A DNA stretch of 46,209 nucleotides from Catajapyx aquilonaris (taxonomy: Eukaryota), in the NCBI GenBank assembly GCA_000934665.2, contig KZ538435.1:62001-108209 (forward strand), in the 5' to 3' direction. The notes beneath the pieces were generated by a model that saw only the letters and a program-made list of their open reading frames with translations, was not told the DNA's origin and did not search any database. The position numbers were made by a program, and so were the translations under genes. This document shows positions 11,573 to 24,260 of this stretch, one piece after another. Position 1 is the first letter of the stretch; each line of letters opens with the position of its first letter.

Positions 11573-11910
11573 GGGGAGGTGTGGTGGCCGAGATGGTAAC
11601 GTCTCGGCTTGCTGAGTGGAAGGTCCCAGGTTCGATCCCCGCCTGGGAGTTCCCTTTCACCTGCGTCGGGAGGGTCTCTGACCTGTACCAAGGAGGTGTC
11701 TGGCAAACTAACCTCCTGGGGGTACTGCACATGACCCCTTTTCAGACAATGCACTTGCACCCATGTTCCCTCCCCAAAAATCCCTATCCTTACCCAATGT
11801 CCTTGTTTCCCTGCACCGGAATGAAGCTGAAATTAAAAAATAGATTCAAAAATGGTGGTGTACCACCCCCCTACAGAACCCGTAAGGGTCATCACGGGGT
11901 ACAACAAAAG
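11573..11910 (+). mobile_element. tRNA-derived SINE, family C, copy 2
   Basis: Same head, body and tail as the 9568 copy. 15-bp TSD AATT(G/T)AAGGAGATAA at 11558-11572 and 11911-11925. Confidence 0.95.
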
Positions 11911-12100
11911 AATTTAAGGAGATAAAGGAAGACTGACGGCAACAAGGCGTTGAAGAATAAACGTGCAAATTGCATGTTGCACATAGTATTACAAGCATAC
12001 GACTATTGTCTTGCATGCTTCAATCGGAAACCACTGAGCAATACTGCTGTTATTAGTACTAGGCTCTTGACTAGGCTCATACATTTGGTCGGTTTGAATT

Positions 12101-12142
12101 AATGGCAAATAATGGCAAATAATGGCAAATAATGGCAAATAA
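12101..12142. repeat. Tandem repeat (AATGGCAAAT)4
   Basis: Four exact 10-bp units directly visible. Confidence 0.97.
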
Positions 12143-15100
12143 CATGCAGTGCTCAGTCACCTGATAGTAAACAGGGAGCATGAAACACCTAGGCACAAAT
12201 GCCACGCCTTTGCAGTCGAGATGCAGCAATGAGGTATGACAGACAGGATGGCACTTGCATTGAAGCTCCTTGTCAAAGCCAGTGCCACTCAATGATTGAT
12301 TGATTGCCAAAGGTTGACGGCGGAAATGCCTCCGACGACGGCGTCATTCATTCCCACACCTTTCTCATTTTGGTGTGATTGCGGAAACATTCCTCGCCAC
12401 ACCATTGACATGCAGTGCTATGGCCGTTGCCTTTTTGTTGACATCCTCTCAGGAAAGCGAGTGGACTCACCCAGGAAATTTGTTCAACGACGCAGCAGTA
12501 TGTCAAAATGAAAACGTTTTGTTTCACATTATTTCATCGCCCATTCCAGCTATGACGAGGTGGAATAACAGTCTGGCGTTATTGGCTAATGTGTGTATCC
12601 CGAGGCTTTGGGCATTCCACACAATCCCCTTTAACAATTGTGTCATTTTCCCCATTATCTTTGATAACAATAACCACGGGGAAACTGGCCTCGTTTCCAC
12701 ATGGACCGGCCGTAAAAATGAACCCCCCAAGCCGAGTACTGAGCACGTCTTTTATTTTTTATGCACCGCGTGTCAGCCCATAGTAGCGCTTGTCTCGGTC
12801 TAGATCTATTTTCCTCACTTCCTCCAAAACTTTTATCCCTTCCGCGATCCAATCAGAGGCAAAACAAGGTGAAACTTTTTTCGAGAATCCCATCTTTCCT
12901 TCAGAATCAAATTCCGTTCAGTATCGATGAAGATAGGCAGAACCTTTGAACCAATAAGGGATTATGTCAGTTGGGAAACTTTTGCTGCCGCACGGAAGCA
13001 ACTGCGTATATGCTCGTCTCTGCAAATAAATTCAAACATCCCGTGATTCTGTTCCCAAAACTTTGCAAACCATAAGGATTACCGTGACGCAAACCCGCAT
13101 TTCCAGGCTGCCTCCGCATAAGATCTCTATGGTGCTATATATTCGAATGTAGAGTAAAACCAGGAAGAATAGCCCTTTCGAGGCGCAACAGTTGCCTGGA
13201 ATCATGACGCATGGCTGGCTTACTATAAGTCATAAGGTCTTAAAATACTGTTCACATTCGGTCGCCGACCTCCTAGAATGTGTTTCCACTGTATATCTTT
13301 ATAACGTGCTTCCCCGCTGAGGAGCGGACATAATCTTGTGCTTTATTAGAAGGTAAGAATCTCCAGCAGCTTTCCAGAAGAGTCTTTTTATTTATCCTCC
13401 TGGCAAGTACGGACGCCTGCGGAATTTTATTAAAGCTCGCGACAAGGAGATGATGATTTGCTGATCAGCCATTTAATGGCATTTATTGTTGAAAGAGTTC
13501 TGGAAGAGAGTTCATGCTCATAATGAGGGATGGTTTAGAACACTGGGTCTTATTAGTGAGGTAGTGAGCTAGTGTGGAGTAGCATAGTGGCGACCCAAGT
13601 AGGCCTACTCAGAGGGTATGGAGCGTATGTACTTTCAGGGCACGGATGTGGGTTCATTCCTAATGCGATTTCCTTGTACCTCTTGGAACACGCGGATGTA
13701 AAAGACCAGTCAAAGCAAACGGGTAAGGATAGCTTTGTGGTCTAAAATCACGTTACGCTCAATTCCTCTCCCTGGCGGCATTGGCATCTAGAGGGAAAAG
13801 ATGCAAGGTGTGTGCAGTTATAGTCATTTTATATTTTACTCAGATTTTTCAGGGTGTGCATTTTAGAATCTCTAGGACTAGGGGGACGCCTTTCTAAGAG
13901 CTAAAGCAGTTCCTTTGTACACCACATAATGTACCTTTTTCTATACTGCAGTAGAGAGTAGACTATACTGTATGTGTAACAACTGAAGCTATAGCTTTCC
14001 AAAGCAGTGCGAACTGATCACACGGATATTGCTTCTAAGATACTGTAGCTTTGCTTATGCATCGGATACATATTTCAATTTAGGTACAATATCAAATTAA
14101 TCAACTTATTATTTATTGTTAGCTTTTCTGATTAAGAGGATAATACAGCATCAATAGAAGTATTGTGTCTTTTAGGATACGGAAAGCTGTGTCAGGTCAT
14201 ATAGTGGTCGATTTTTAAAACTCTTTTACATGTGAGACCAACATCAAATACTAATCATATGGTATAATTCGTTTTTAAAATCTTTTTTTAAACTTACCTT
14301 TAGTGTTAATAGGCTGACAGCTAATGTTTTGTTTTGATTGAAATCAAATGAAGGAAGCTAGTGATGCACTAATATCAATAACGCTGTTTAATCCTATATC
14401 ACACCCTAATATTGCACGTCATGATATGAACCATGGTTATAGTTTACCACCTGAAATTAATACCTGTAATCGAGGTAGGCCAATTTGTGCATGTCATTAG
14501 TTAATTCCACCCACATGGTGGTAAATGAGGCAACTAAAGCGCCACTACCACATCAATACGGTCTATAATATTATACGTATTAACGCTTAACCTACATGCT
14601 ACTAATGATAGCAAAATCCCAAAAAGATGTAAAAATACTATTTTATGGTAAGAATCGCTATCTTATTTAAAGTGTACACGCAACATGTAAATTAATATAG
14701 CATTGTAACTGTTTTAAAGAAAATCGTAGCCTCGACCTAGCAGGAAGCTTATTCAAGTGCAACATACACTGAAAAAATACCCTTCTATGAAAATAGACTG
14801 CGATTTTTTAGGGGACATCAGGGTCCCGGATGCTAAGTACATCTAAGCGGATTGGGATAACACGTCCCTCCTCCGTGTCACCCCTCTCATCCTAATTAAT
14901 ATCCAGTGCGCAGGGTCAGGTCTGGTAGTGAGTGACAGTGACCCGAATCATCATGCATTTCTGCACCGTTCCCAATGTTGAAGCCATGCACTCAGGCCCG
15001 TGTAATTTAATAGCTTGTCCCATGCGAGCAGGCGAGACAGGGAGGGTGCGAATTGGCCATTCGGACACGTCTAACAGCAGCCATACAAATGAAACGCGTG

Positions 15101-16896
15101 TAGCCCAAATGCGACTGCACAACTATGATTAATCAGCTAAAAAAAATATGTACGCACACGGCCCCATCCCGTAACTTGCACTCGGGCTCTCACGGGCGAC
15201 ACGACTGATGCTACTAACAAGGGTAATGGAATGATCGTATACTATCCTGAAATTGTCAAAGTACGGAGGCCTGAGGTGTCTTAAAACTTTTTGTTAGTTA
15301 GTAAAATTTTTTGATAGGTCTATATCCTATATGGGATGAACTTCCCAGTGTTTCATGCTGCTCAGAAAAACACACGATTTATTTAAATAATTCTCAATGT
15401 TACCCATGTATAATGCTGAATGTGAAAAGAAATGTGTTAAATAACGTTCCCTGTTCCTTTATACCTGCTCCACTACAAAATATTGGCAAAGCATTTTTCA
15501 GTCCCCTTGCACTTAGCTAAAGCCTGTCGCCGAGCAAGTTCTTTGATTCCTGAACGCCCAGCAAGCTTCGAGAAGAAAAGAATGACAATAATGTGAAATT
15601 TGGTCTGAGACCTGCTAATCGCGCAATTAAGCCGGAACCTCCAATATTTCAAGTTGATGGCTGAAAATAGTTGGGGACGATTAGTTTCCGCGTCGTAATT
15701 CCCTCGCACCACTTGCACCATTCTCAATCTGAAACTGGATCCGAGAGAATCAATATATCACTTTCTCTCGGTTTGGGCTTAATCTGGGTGGAAAACGGGG
15801 GGCTCCAGCACTGCCCTCCCCTATCCCTCCCTAGCACCCCCTCTCCAACCCTGCCCCACCTCCCTATTCTACTACGCACATTATTCACCGTGGGCCGATT
15901 CGTTTCAATTACTGCACCGCCCATCACCACTCCAAACCCCTGTGTTGCTGCAGCCTCTTTCCTCCTATTCATCATACTGTATATCCAGTACTTTACCCTC
16001 TCCTCGTCAGACTTTCTTTTCGGTCCCAATCTCACAGGCCTATATAAGGACGGTGCTGAAACTAGAATACTCCTCGACCTTGTTAGTAGAAGCAAAGGAG
16101 GAGCTGAGGGAGTTTTCCACTCATATTTTTAATCGAGAGCTCATTTAAATGCAGACTGTTAGAAGTGGTTGGAGTCGGAAGTAAAGTTGGACATGGCCAA
16201 GCCGCACTTCCGGGCCAATCAAATAACCTGATCTTCTGGAAACACTGGGGGCGCTTCTGCTGCGATGGTCAGAAGAGCTTTCACGCTGTGGTGATAATTT
16301 CCTTGTGGATACTAGGTCCATCTCAAATATTTGTATTAACTGTACTGTATTTAAGGGCCCCAATATTGCTTTTAACAAAAAATTATAATAACAATGTATG
16401 TTGACTAAAGCTATGTTCCTATAGGGGTCGGGCAGCATATGCCTGGGAATACACTATACTGTATATCTGAGCAGTTGAAATAGATATTCCCGGGTGAGAT
16501 CACCTGGGTAACCTGGGAGAGCTGGTTAGATGCCCTCCTCTGTTCCAGGCATGGGGTGATGGCGAGAAACAAGGCAGTGGGGTCTATGGCTGGGTGACTT
16601 TCCCCCATCTCACCTCACATAAGTAATTAATTTAACCTGATTAGAATCTCATACAACCAGTGCGGCAGTGAATAGGCCATGGCACCTGCAATATTTATAG
16701 AGCAACCAAAATCAACCGACTTTACCTGTGGAGGATAAGTGCTGGGGGAGAGTGGCGGCAAAGAAGTCGGATCAGAGAGGTCTTTTCTGTGGAAATAGAA
16801 CTGCCTGAACAGGTACAGGACAGGTGGCTTAACGTGTGGAGGATATTCAAAATCTGGACTGCACATTGCACAAGCTTCGTGCAATTTTAACATTTG

Positions 16897-17270
16897 AGAA
16901 GGCGGCTATCTTCGCCGAACCACATTCCGAGAAAGTGCCTCTTTTTTAGTTACGAGTTGTGTAGATGAAAATTTGTTACTGTGACCATGCCATAATTAGT
17001 GATAATTAGAGTCCGGATTTCATTTTTTCAGACTTTTAATTTGAACTTTTGATTTTGGCGATGCACGGATAATCCGCACCCGGATAATCGGGAGTATAAT
17101 GGACTGTATCTACCCCCACCAGTGTCACTGTCATTGGCAGAAATTCATTTGCGGGGAAATCCGTAGGAAAAAACACGGAGTCCTCCATCTGAAACGATGC
17201 AATACTACAGTATAATCGGGCGAAGATAGCCGACTTTGGCTGATCACGTTTGACGAAGATAGCCGTTTCT
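16897..17270. mobile_element. Degenerate MITE-like element with inverted/subterminal repeats
   Basis: CGGCTATCTTCGCC (16903-16916) is the exact reverse complement of GGCGAAGATAGCCG (17219-17232), with a second copy GACGAAGATAGCCG at 17252. Contains a pogo-like end fragment CCGGATAATCGGGAGT...ACTGTA at ~17080-17107. Confidence 0.5.
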
Positions 17271-17872
17271 GGCTTATTTCTCAGATTTCATCCTCTTGTT
17301 AGGGTCCGAAAAAATATATTTTGACCCGCTTCTTTGGCTCAGCCTAGGTGCTCCTTTGCATGAAGATTGTAATGGCCGTGGTAATGGCAGTGCCAGCTCA
17401 AAAACTCCAAACATTATTGAAGATAGAGGCCGCTTTTGGCAGTCGCCTCCTCATTTTGCAACCCCCATTTAGTGAAACAAGACGTGGTGGAAAGTGGTCA
17501 GAATAATTATCTTGCATTACCTTGTAGAATGTGTTTTATTTTTTAATATATCTGCTAGTGCCTGAAAGTCATAAAAGTAAATTTCATTTTAAGTCTATAC
17601 AGCATACATATGATAGGACATGTTACTTGACAATGTGGGGTCCTAGTGCATTAAAAAATTTCCGCGGAAACCCAGAAATAAGAATTCTTCCGACAGCCCT
17701 GGAGCCAGATAAAAAAGGTCCAGTGATTCTGCAAAAGTTGATGATGTGTTGTCTTAGGTCATGCTTTATTTACTCAACCAACTGAAATTGAATAGCGGTT
17801 TCTCATCCGGTTTTTGCTCGTGTTTTGTTTTGTTTTTTTTGCAAACAGTTTACTGAACCGCCAGCAATGTTG

Positions 17873-18990
17873 TTACCTTGAACAATCTCTCCCAGCTTCC
17901 AGGCACTTCAAATGAGACAGTTCTACTAGAAGGCTAGCGGAGTAGTCCCTGGTCCACCCCGTTTCCTCCCTCAAAAAATCGGCTAACTTTCGTGGAAGAA
18001 CGCCTTCTTCCGTGTACAAATCACTGCAAGTGGTGGGGAAAGGGCATTTTGAAGACGCGTTTTCCGCCAAGGTCACGCGCGGGACTCGATAAAGAACTCG
18101 CAAACTTCGCACGGCAAATTGAAAAGTTCGGAAGGCATGGCTCAACTGACATTAAGTAACGCAGATCCAATCTCAAACCCATAACCTCCCTATTGTAACG
18201 ACCTGTCACTCGAAGTTGGGTCCTACCCTCCAATAGTGTTATGGAGGCTCTCCAAAAACCCTTCGTTAAAAAAAACTCCTAGCCTGTTTTACAAAATGCC
18301 ATTTTACACTAACGGCAAAGCTTCAGCAAACTCAATTTTTAAACTCTCGGGCGACCACCATTCGCAACCAACCTCTTCAATTATTGTTAGTAACTCTCTG
18401 GTATACAGCATCCTAAGTAGAGCCCTCTCTCCGGACAAAGTACCAGCAGTCCCCTCTGCAAAACTGGATTAACGGCTATAAGTTGGTCCCTTAAAACGTC
18501 GCTAATGATTAAATCTGGCTAGCAAGGAGCTGGCCGAGCGAGTAGACCAAGCACAGTGTTGAGTGCGATTGGTTGCCCCTTTTGCGCAATAGGCATGGAA
18601 GCAGCAGCCTTAGACCTTGCTTCCAGAGGGACTTAATTGTCCGATAGGAGTGGACTAGCACCGGAGTGCAGGCTGCATTGCGCATGGATGTCCGTTTGCA
18701 CTAGCCAAGTGGGCTCTTGGGGGGACCCAAGAGGACTTACAGAAGGGATCGAGGGGGATTTGCAGAGGAGGCCAGCACTGGATTTGCCTCCCGGATTTCG
18801 AACCAGGGAGGATTCCATCTTGGCCCGGAGTTTCTGTCCAGGAACAGCTTCCGCCCATCGATTCACACCACTCCTTGCATCATTGATGCGGCTGGCCCAC
18901 AAGACCGTTCTAAGACTATTGAAACATTTAGAGGATGGAGCGCTGGGAGAGGCTTTGCTGTTCAGAAGCACACTGAGTAACAATCATGCC
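17873..18990 (-). pseudogene. Possible decayed Ty3/gypsy gag remnant
   Basis: Minus-strand fragments SGERALLRMLYTRELLTIIEEVGCEWWSPESLKIEFAEALP, RLGVFFNEG, FPTTCSDL and KCLEAGRDC (knuckle-like) occur in the order expected for insect gypsy gag. Interrupted by stops; matched by eye. Confidence 0.35.
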
Positions 18991-21900
18991 TAGACACGCA
19001 GACATTTTTAGCAAGTTGGCTACAAGTTTTTGTCCAACTTCTCAATGGCAACATAACTATTCCTGACTGGTTGTCGATACCATGAGACTATAAATTTTTG
19101 GCCATAAGATGCTTCTTAAAAAGTTATAGTCGAACAGTTGTTGTTGTTGTGCAAATAGGTGGATGGCTATACGTAACTCATAATAATCATCAGGAGGAAC
19201 TCTCATATTGGTACTGTACCAGTATATGTATTTTTCCTGCACTTTCAGCAGGCTTCATGTCGAACCGGATCAAACAAAAGGTGATGTTTACAAATATAGC
19301 CTCTGTCAGGGAGAATTAATTTAGAGAAAAGCAAACAACATGTCCCATGCAGAATTAACCATCATGCATGAAAATAAATATTCCCAAACTATCTGACACT
19401 TATTACGGGGAAAATGTTAAATGTTAAATCATAAGTGCACATGAATGCTTGTTTAGTAGGTACAGTCAATACACTCATCCGCATTGTAGGTCATTGGAAT
19501 AAGAGCACCTCAAGTTCATATAAAACTGATTAATTTACGTACATTTTCCATGTAGCTAAAACTGATACCAACAGACCCTAACGAATTCAGGTCCTGCGAC
19601 GATTTGGTATATTTTCAAGTCGAGCTTTGAATTCTGTACTGTCATAGTGACTGTCTCCATAATTAAGTTACACGTTTTAAAAACATGTCACAAAAATTGA
19701 AAACTTCTACCTGGAACACTTATCGCCGCGCAAAACCAAATATTATGCGAGATTTAGTCTTATCGAGTACGAATTTATAGTTTTACAACGCATGCTGTAA
19801 ACTCTTCTGAATACCCATTTTCTAGCATTCTAGTTTTGTTACACTAAAGTGGCATAATGATATACTTTGCTGATTAAAATTTGTCGCAGTAATGGGGAGT
19901 TTACTGCACATTTATTAGTGCAACGAATAATGCGTGCATTAAAACCCGCGATTTACGACACACCACCACCAAAATACAAGTAAATGCAATCTTGGCTAAT
20001 TGCATTCTTACATTCAAGGGACAATCCATAATAATTTGAAGCCATGAAAAGCTGCAACCCACTGCAAATAATAGGTAGCCCAGTTGTGTGTTATCAGTTC
20101 GACATCTCTCCAGCGAGCAAATGTCGCCACTGAAAACAACCACCTCCGAGTGCAAAGGCTGTCCCTTCGACGAACACGAAGAAACTTTGAATTTCTTAAT
20201 CCAGGGAAAATGCTTATCCAATCCATTACATCTGACTGAAGAGTAGGGAAAAAGGATCATCCCCCCCTCCCCTCCTTTCCCCACCTACTTCCCTTCCCCT
20301 TTCCCCAGCAGCCCCTTGCGAAAATTACGTCTGTCGCCGCGATCGGTTCCATGGAAAGGGGAGAGAGAGGGGAGGATTTTCATTCCTTTCTCGATGGAAG
20401 GAAAAGATTTCGGACCCTTTGACTGGAGATTAAGTGTCGCCTTTTTATTATTCTCTACTTTCTTATCATCGGACCAAAGTTTCCTAGGGAAAAAAGAAGA
20501 GTTGAAAATTGGGATTGAACGGCGTCAGCTGTTGCAGTGCCACTGCGGCATTTTTGATCAGTTTCAATTATCGGGACTTGTTTTTCTTCACCAAACCTCA
20601 ATCTGGAGGGAGAAAATTGCTTTCTGTCCATAAACCTCCTCCAGCTTTATACAATTCCGCCACAAATTCGATCCACAGAGAGGCAGAGAGAGGGAGAGAG
20701 AGAGGGAGAATGAGATGCAGGGTACAACTGTGCTATATGCACGCTGCAATAGGCCTCTCAGCGCTCATATTCATTCCTATATCCTACTGGAACATCGCAG
20801 TCGCGACCAGAGTCGGCTGCCTGGATGGTCCTGAATACCAAGCACCAACTCTCGCTCTACCAGGAGAATATTCGAGACAACAGGACAGTACCAAAAATGC
20901 CTGTTTCTCCTAATCAAGGCGAATCAAGCGCTTGTTTTAGGCTGGGGGTGCAATGAGTTTTCTACCTCCAGACTAGTAAAACTGGCACGAGTTTTTGATA
21001 GTTGTGAAGGAAAAAACTATTACGAATTTATGACACGTGAAATTTTTGCCATTTACATCCTGGATATGAAAATTCAGCAGGAACGTCTAAAAGAGAAACG
21101 CACTTTTAGTGTAAATTATCAACAAATATTCCGCCCACGTGTGCAGCATTTTATCTCCACTTATTCCAACCCTTAGAAAATAAAAGAAATGGTGCCACAA
21201 ACTCCAGTGGCACACTATTCTACAGTGTCCCCAAGTCCTTTTATGACTGGCCAGAAATCATTCTTTGTGGGAAATGTGGGTTGCAGACTTTTTTGGGACG
21301 ACCCCAAGCATATCTTTCTTACTCTGCCTCCTCTCGCGCTTCCATCCTCTTGTGGTTAAGGGCTCAACTCTCACAGCAATATAGTCACCGCAAAAATGAT
21401 GAGAGACCAAACATATACAGGCGGCTGTGTAGTGTAGAAAATGGTTTTCATGCTTTTTTTCCTACTAACTGCATACTTCTAACTGTAAGAGCGAGGCCGA
21501 ATTTTTTTTAGAATTCTTGCAACTATACTGTAACTCATACAGCAAGTAACAGAGGTACGGAATATTCCGAAATAATACTGAGTGATGTTCTAAACTGTCT
21601 CGGTTAAACAATGGCTTCAAGGAGTACTTTTAATTTATGTACAATACTATACACACGAATACTGTACCAAATTAGTTCATTTGATTAAATTAGTATGCAT
21701 TCGAATAATAATCAGCGAAGATTAATCACAGCACTAATAGGATATACAGTATATTGATTTATTAGTACAATTTATTTGTAATGTGACATTATTGTGTAAT
21801 GGTCAACAAAAATGATGTTGCATTTCGTATAACTTAAAGGTACAAACTGTACATAATGTAAACGAGAAAACGCGCAAATGGTGCATTGTCTCATTTTCCA

Positions 21901-22149
21901 TCACTCAGTCAGTAAGCGAAAACTCATCGATTTCTCAGTACTGCAATATACTGTAGACTCTCTTATACTGTTATCCAAGCAGAGAGAAAAAAAGAATCTC
22001 CTTTACAAGTGGAAACTCTTGACGCTAATATTACGAACGAAATGAAGCACTGACTGTTGCAGATTGTCTGCCTCGATAGCAGGTGTATAATTACACTTTT
22101 TTCCCCTAGCGCCCATAATTAAAACAGGTTCGCAATGTTAAATTGGTGT

Positions 22150-24260
22150 ATATTACTGTCATATAACCCGTAAAAGTTTCATGGAGTAAATAGTCTCGGT
22201 GATTATCACTTCATCAAAACTAGATTCAACGATGCAAATTAATATGCCTGGCAAAATGAGTGCACCTTTTTTCCACTCTCACAAAGAATATGATGGTTGT
22301 CAAAATGACAGAGATTGTCACCTCTACATCGCACTCGATATGAGGACCGGCTCACACGTATTTAGCACAAGTTGGCAGTGGAGAGGTTGGCAGGAAAAAA
22401 AGGTGGTAATGGCCACTCCAATCTTTTTTCCTTTAATTGCATTTTTAAAATCATCCCATCATCATACTGCATAGGATATCTACTTCAGTATAGTAGGTTT
22501 GAGTGGGGTTCCTTCAGATGATAATGAGGACTTATTCTGGTATATTACTTAAAGCCAGTTTTCCTATCCTTCTGTTAGATATGTCCGAGTGAATACTTCA
22601 CTTGACTAAACAGAGTGAAAGAAGTGTTTGGCTGAAGCAGGAAGAGACCTAGTAGACCTTTTCCTCCAACCACAAGGCATCATTTGGGATCTGATTGTCG
22701 TCAGGTTGAGAGAGCATTAGTTGGTTTCTTCCTTGTTTCCTGGGAAGCAGGGTGCAAGTTGAGGACTTAGAGGAAGCTGGTGATGTCTGGCGAATGAAAA
22801 GGACGGTTCCAGCGGCAGTAGCATCAGGCCTGAAAAGTAATCCTCAATTAGCGTGGGACTAGGGAAGGTAGCGTGCCTGGCGCGCTCCCCAATCATTCCA
22901 CTCCAGTTTCTTGATTAGCAGATCCACAAGGTAAACAAGGGAACCACTTTTCCGCACCTAGCCCAGCCTTCTCTGTTTTCTTTGCGCTAAGATGTTGGCT
23001 CCCAAAAATTTCATCAGCCTTGTAGTTCATCCGATCAAGAAGTAAGCTTAATTACAAGTTCAAGGCGGCCGACGTGTTTGGGCTGCCTTCCCCCCCCCAC
23101 CAGTTTTGCCAAACTTATCCAGGCCTATCTTTTCACCAGAAAACACCGGGGCACCGTGTGTATAGTGCTGGTGAAGAAAGGAAATTATAAAGAAAAGTGC
23201 CAGGGTGAACTTTGCTCCAATGGAAACTCGCCCTCGGCAGTTAGGCAAAGAGCAACAGTGGAGTGAATACAAAGCAAAATTAGATGCCAGGCTTGATTAA
23301 CAACCAGAATCACGGTATTTGTGTTAGAAAATGCTGTCTGTCAGCTCCGGACTAATTGGTAAGACAAACCAGACAAGTTCCTTCAACAAGGAGGGATGAT
23401 GAGAGTTCACAAACATTCCGGACAAGTATCCTTGTTGTATTTGTAAACGGTGAGCTTCGGTCCCCCATTATTATCATTGGGCCAGCAATGTGCTGCCTGA
23501 TTCAAGAGCTCGGCAGCTTGGGCAATGTCATTTTGGCATTTGCGCAATATCTGCCAGATTTTAATTGTCAGTAGGCGGTTGCCAGCGTGTAATTTTGCTC
23601 TCATTACTATTCCAGGCCTGACCACCTATCAAACCGTTATAGATGATTTGTACGTCCATAATTTCTACCTGACTTGCGATGCGGTGTCTGATTTTGCGAG
23701 CGCGTAATATGGCTGGAGAGACTCGGCAATCATGCGAATCTATCCCCTCCGCACATATTTACCCATTCACTCGACAAGATTTGTCCACGAACATGCATCA
23801 TCAGATCTATTCAGTTCCAACACCAGTCCCCCGCTGGCCGTCTACACGCTACATAACCTCCAATCCACCGCACAAACACTATTACCACGTGATGGAGATA
23901 GCATGAAATCAGGGTTTGATCCAGCCCGTCTTTTGACATACGCTTGCGCCTCCAAACTAACCTAAAGGAAAAGAATCTCATCTCCACTCGCACTATTGAC
24001 ACAAGCATGAGTTTGTGCAGTATTTCCGCAAACGTCTCTTTTTTATAATCCCGATGAGTATGGGTCCCTTGATACCTGTAGAAGTAGCCAACACGAAAAT
24101 ATAGCCAGATGTTGGGTAAATTTGGGAAAGTGTCCTCTTGAACATATATATCTCTTCTTCTGTTTACAATCTTTTACTCCGACAAGCTCATCCCAGCTTA
24201 CTTTGCGCCCCAGAGTTTCCAAAGCACGCATACTCCTGTGCAAAACAAGCTTCCGAATTT
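22150..24260 (-). pseudogene. Penelope-like retroelement, near full-length but heavily decayed RT + GIY-YIG ORF
   Basis: Ordered remnants on the minus strand: MRALETLGRKVS...GHFPKFTQ (N-term); LELNRSDD (cf. VVLNxxDY); NYGR..VRPGIV (cf. LYGLPKIHK..LRPIV); PND..SSPFTNT (cf. PNDILVSFDVVSLFTNI); VSIG (cf. GVAMGS); KHVGR (RYVDD position); SGSLVYLVDLLIKK (cf. NGSLPFLDLLI); SDISNRRIGKL (cf. ISEKIGRIL); VDILCS and DNHHIL (GIY-YIG region). Spacing of ~2.1 kb fits a PLE ORF. Confidence 0.65.

Noticed and set aside
12375..12803. 142-aa ORF
   Set aside because: Non-ATG start, no recognisable motif and atypical composition.
15671..16132. 153-aa ORF overlapping a 123-aa antisense ORF
   Set aside because: Driven by C/T-rich low-complexity sequence, with no recognisable domain or convincing splice signals.
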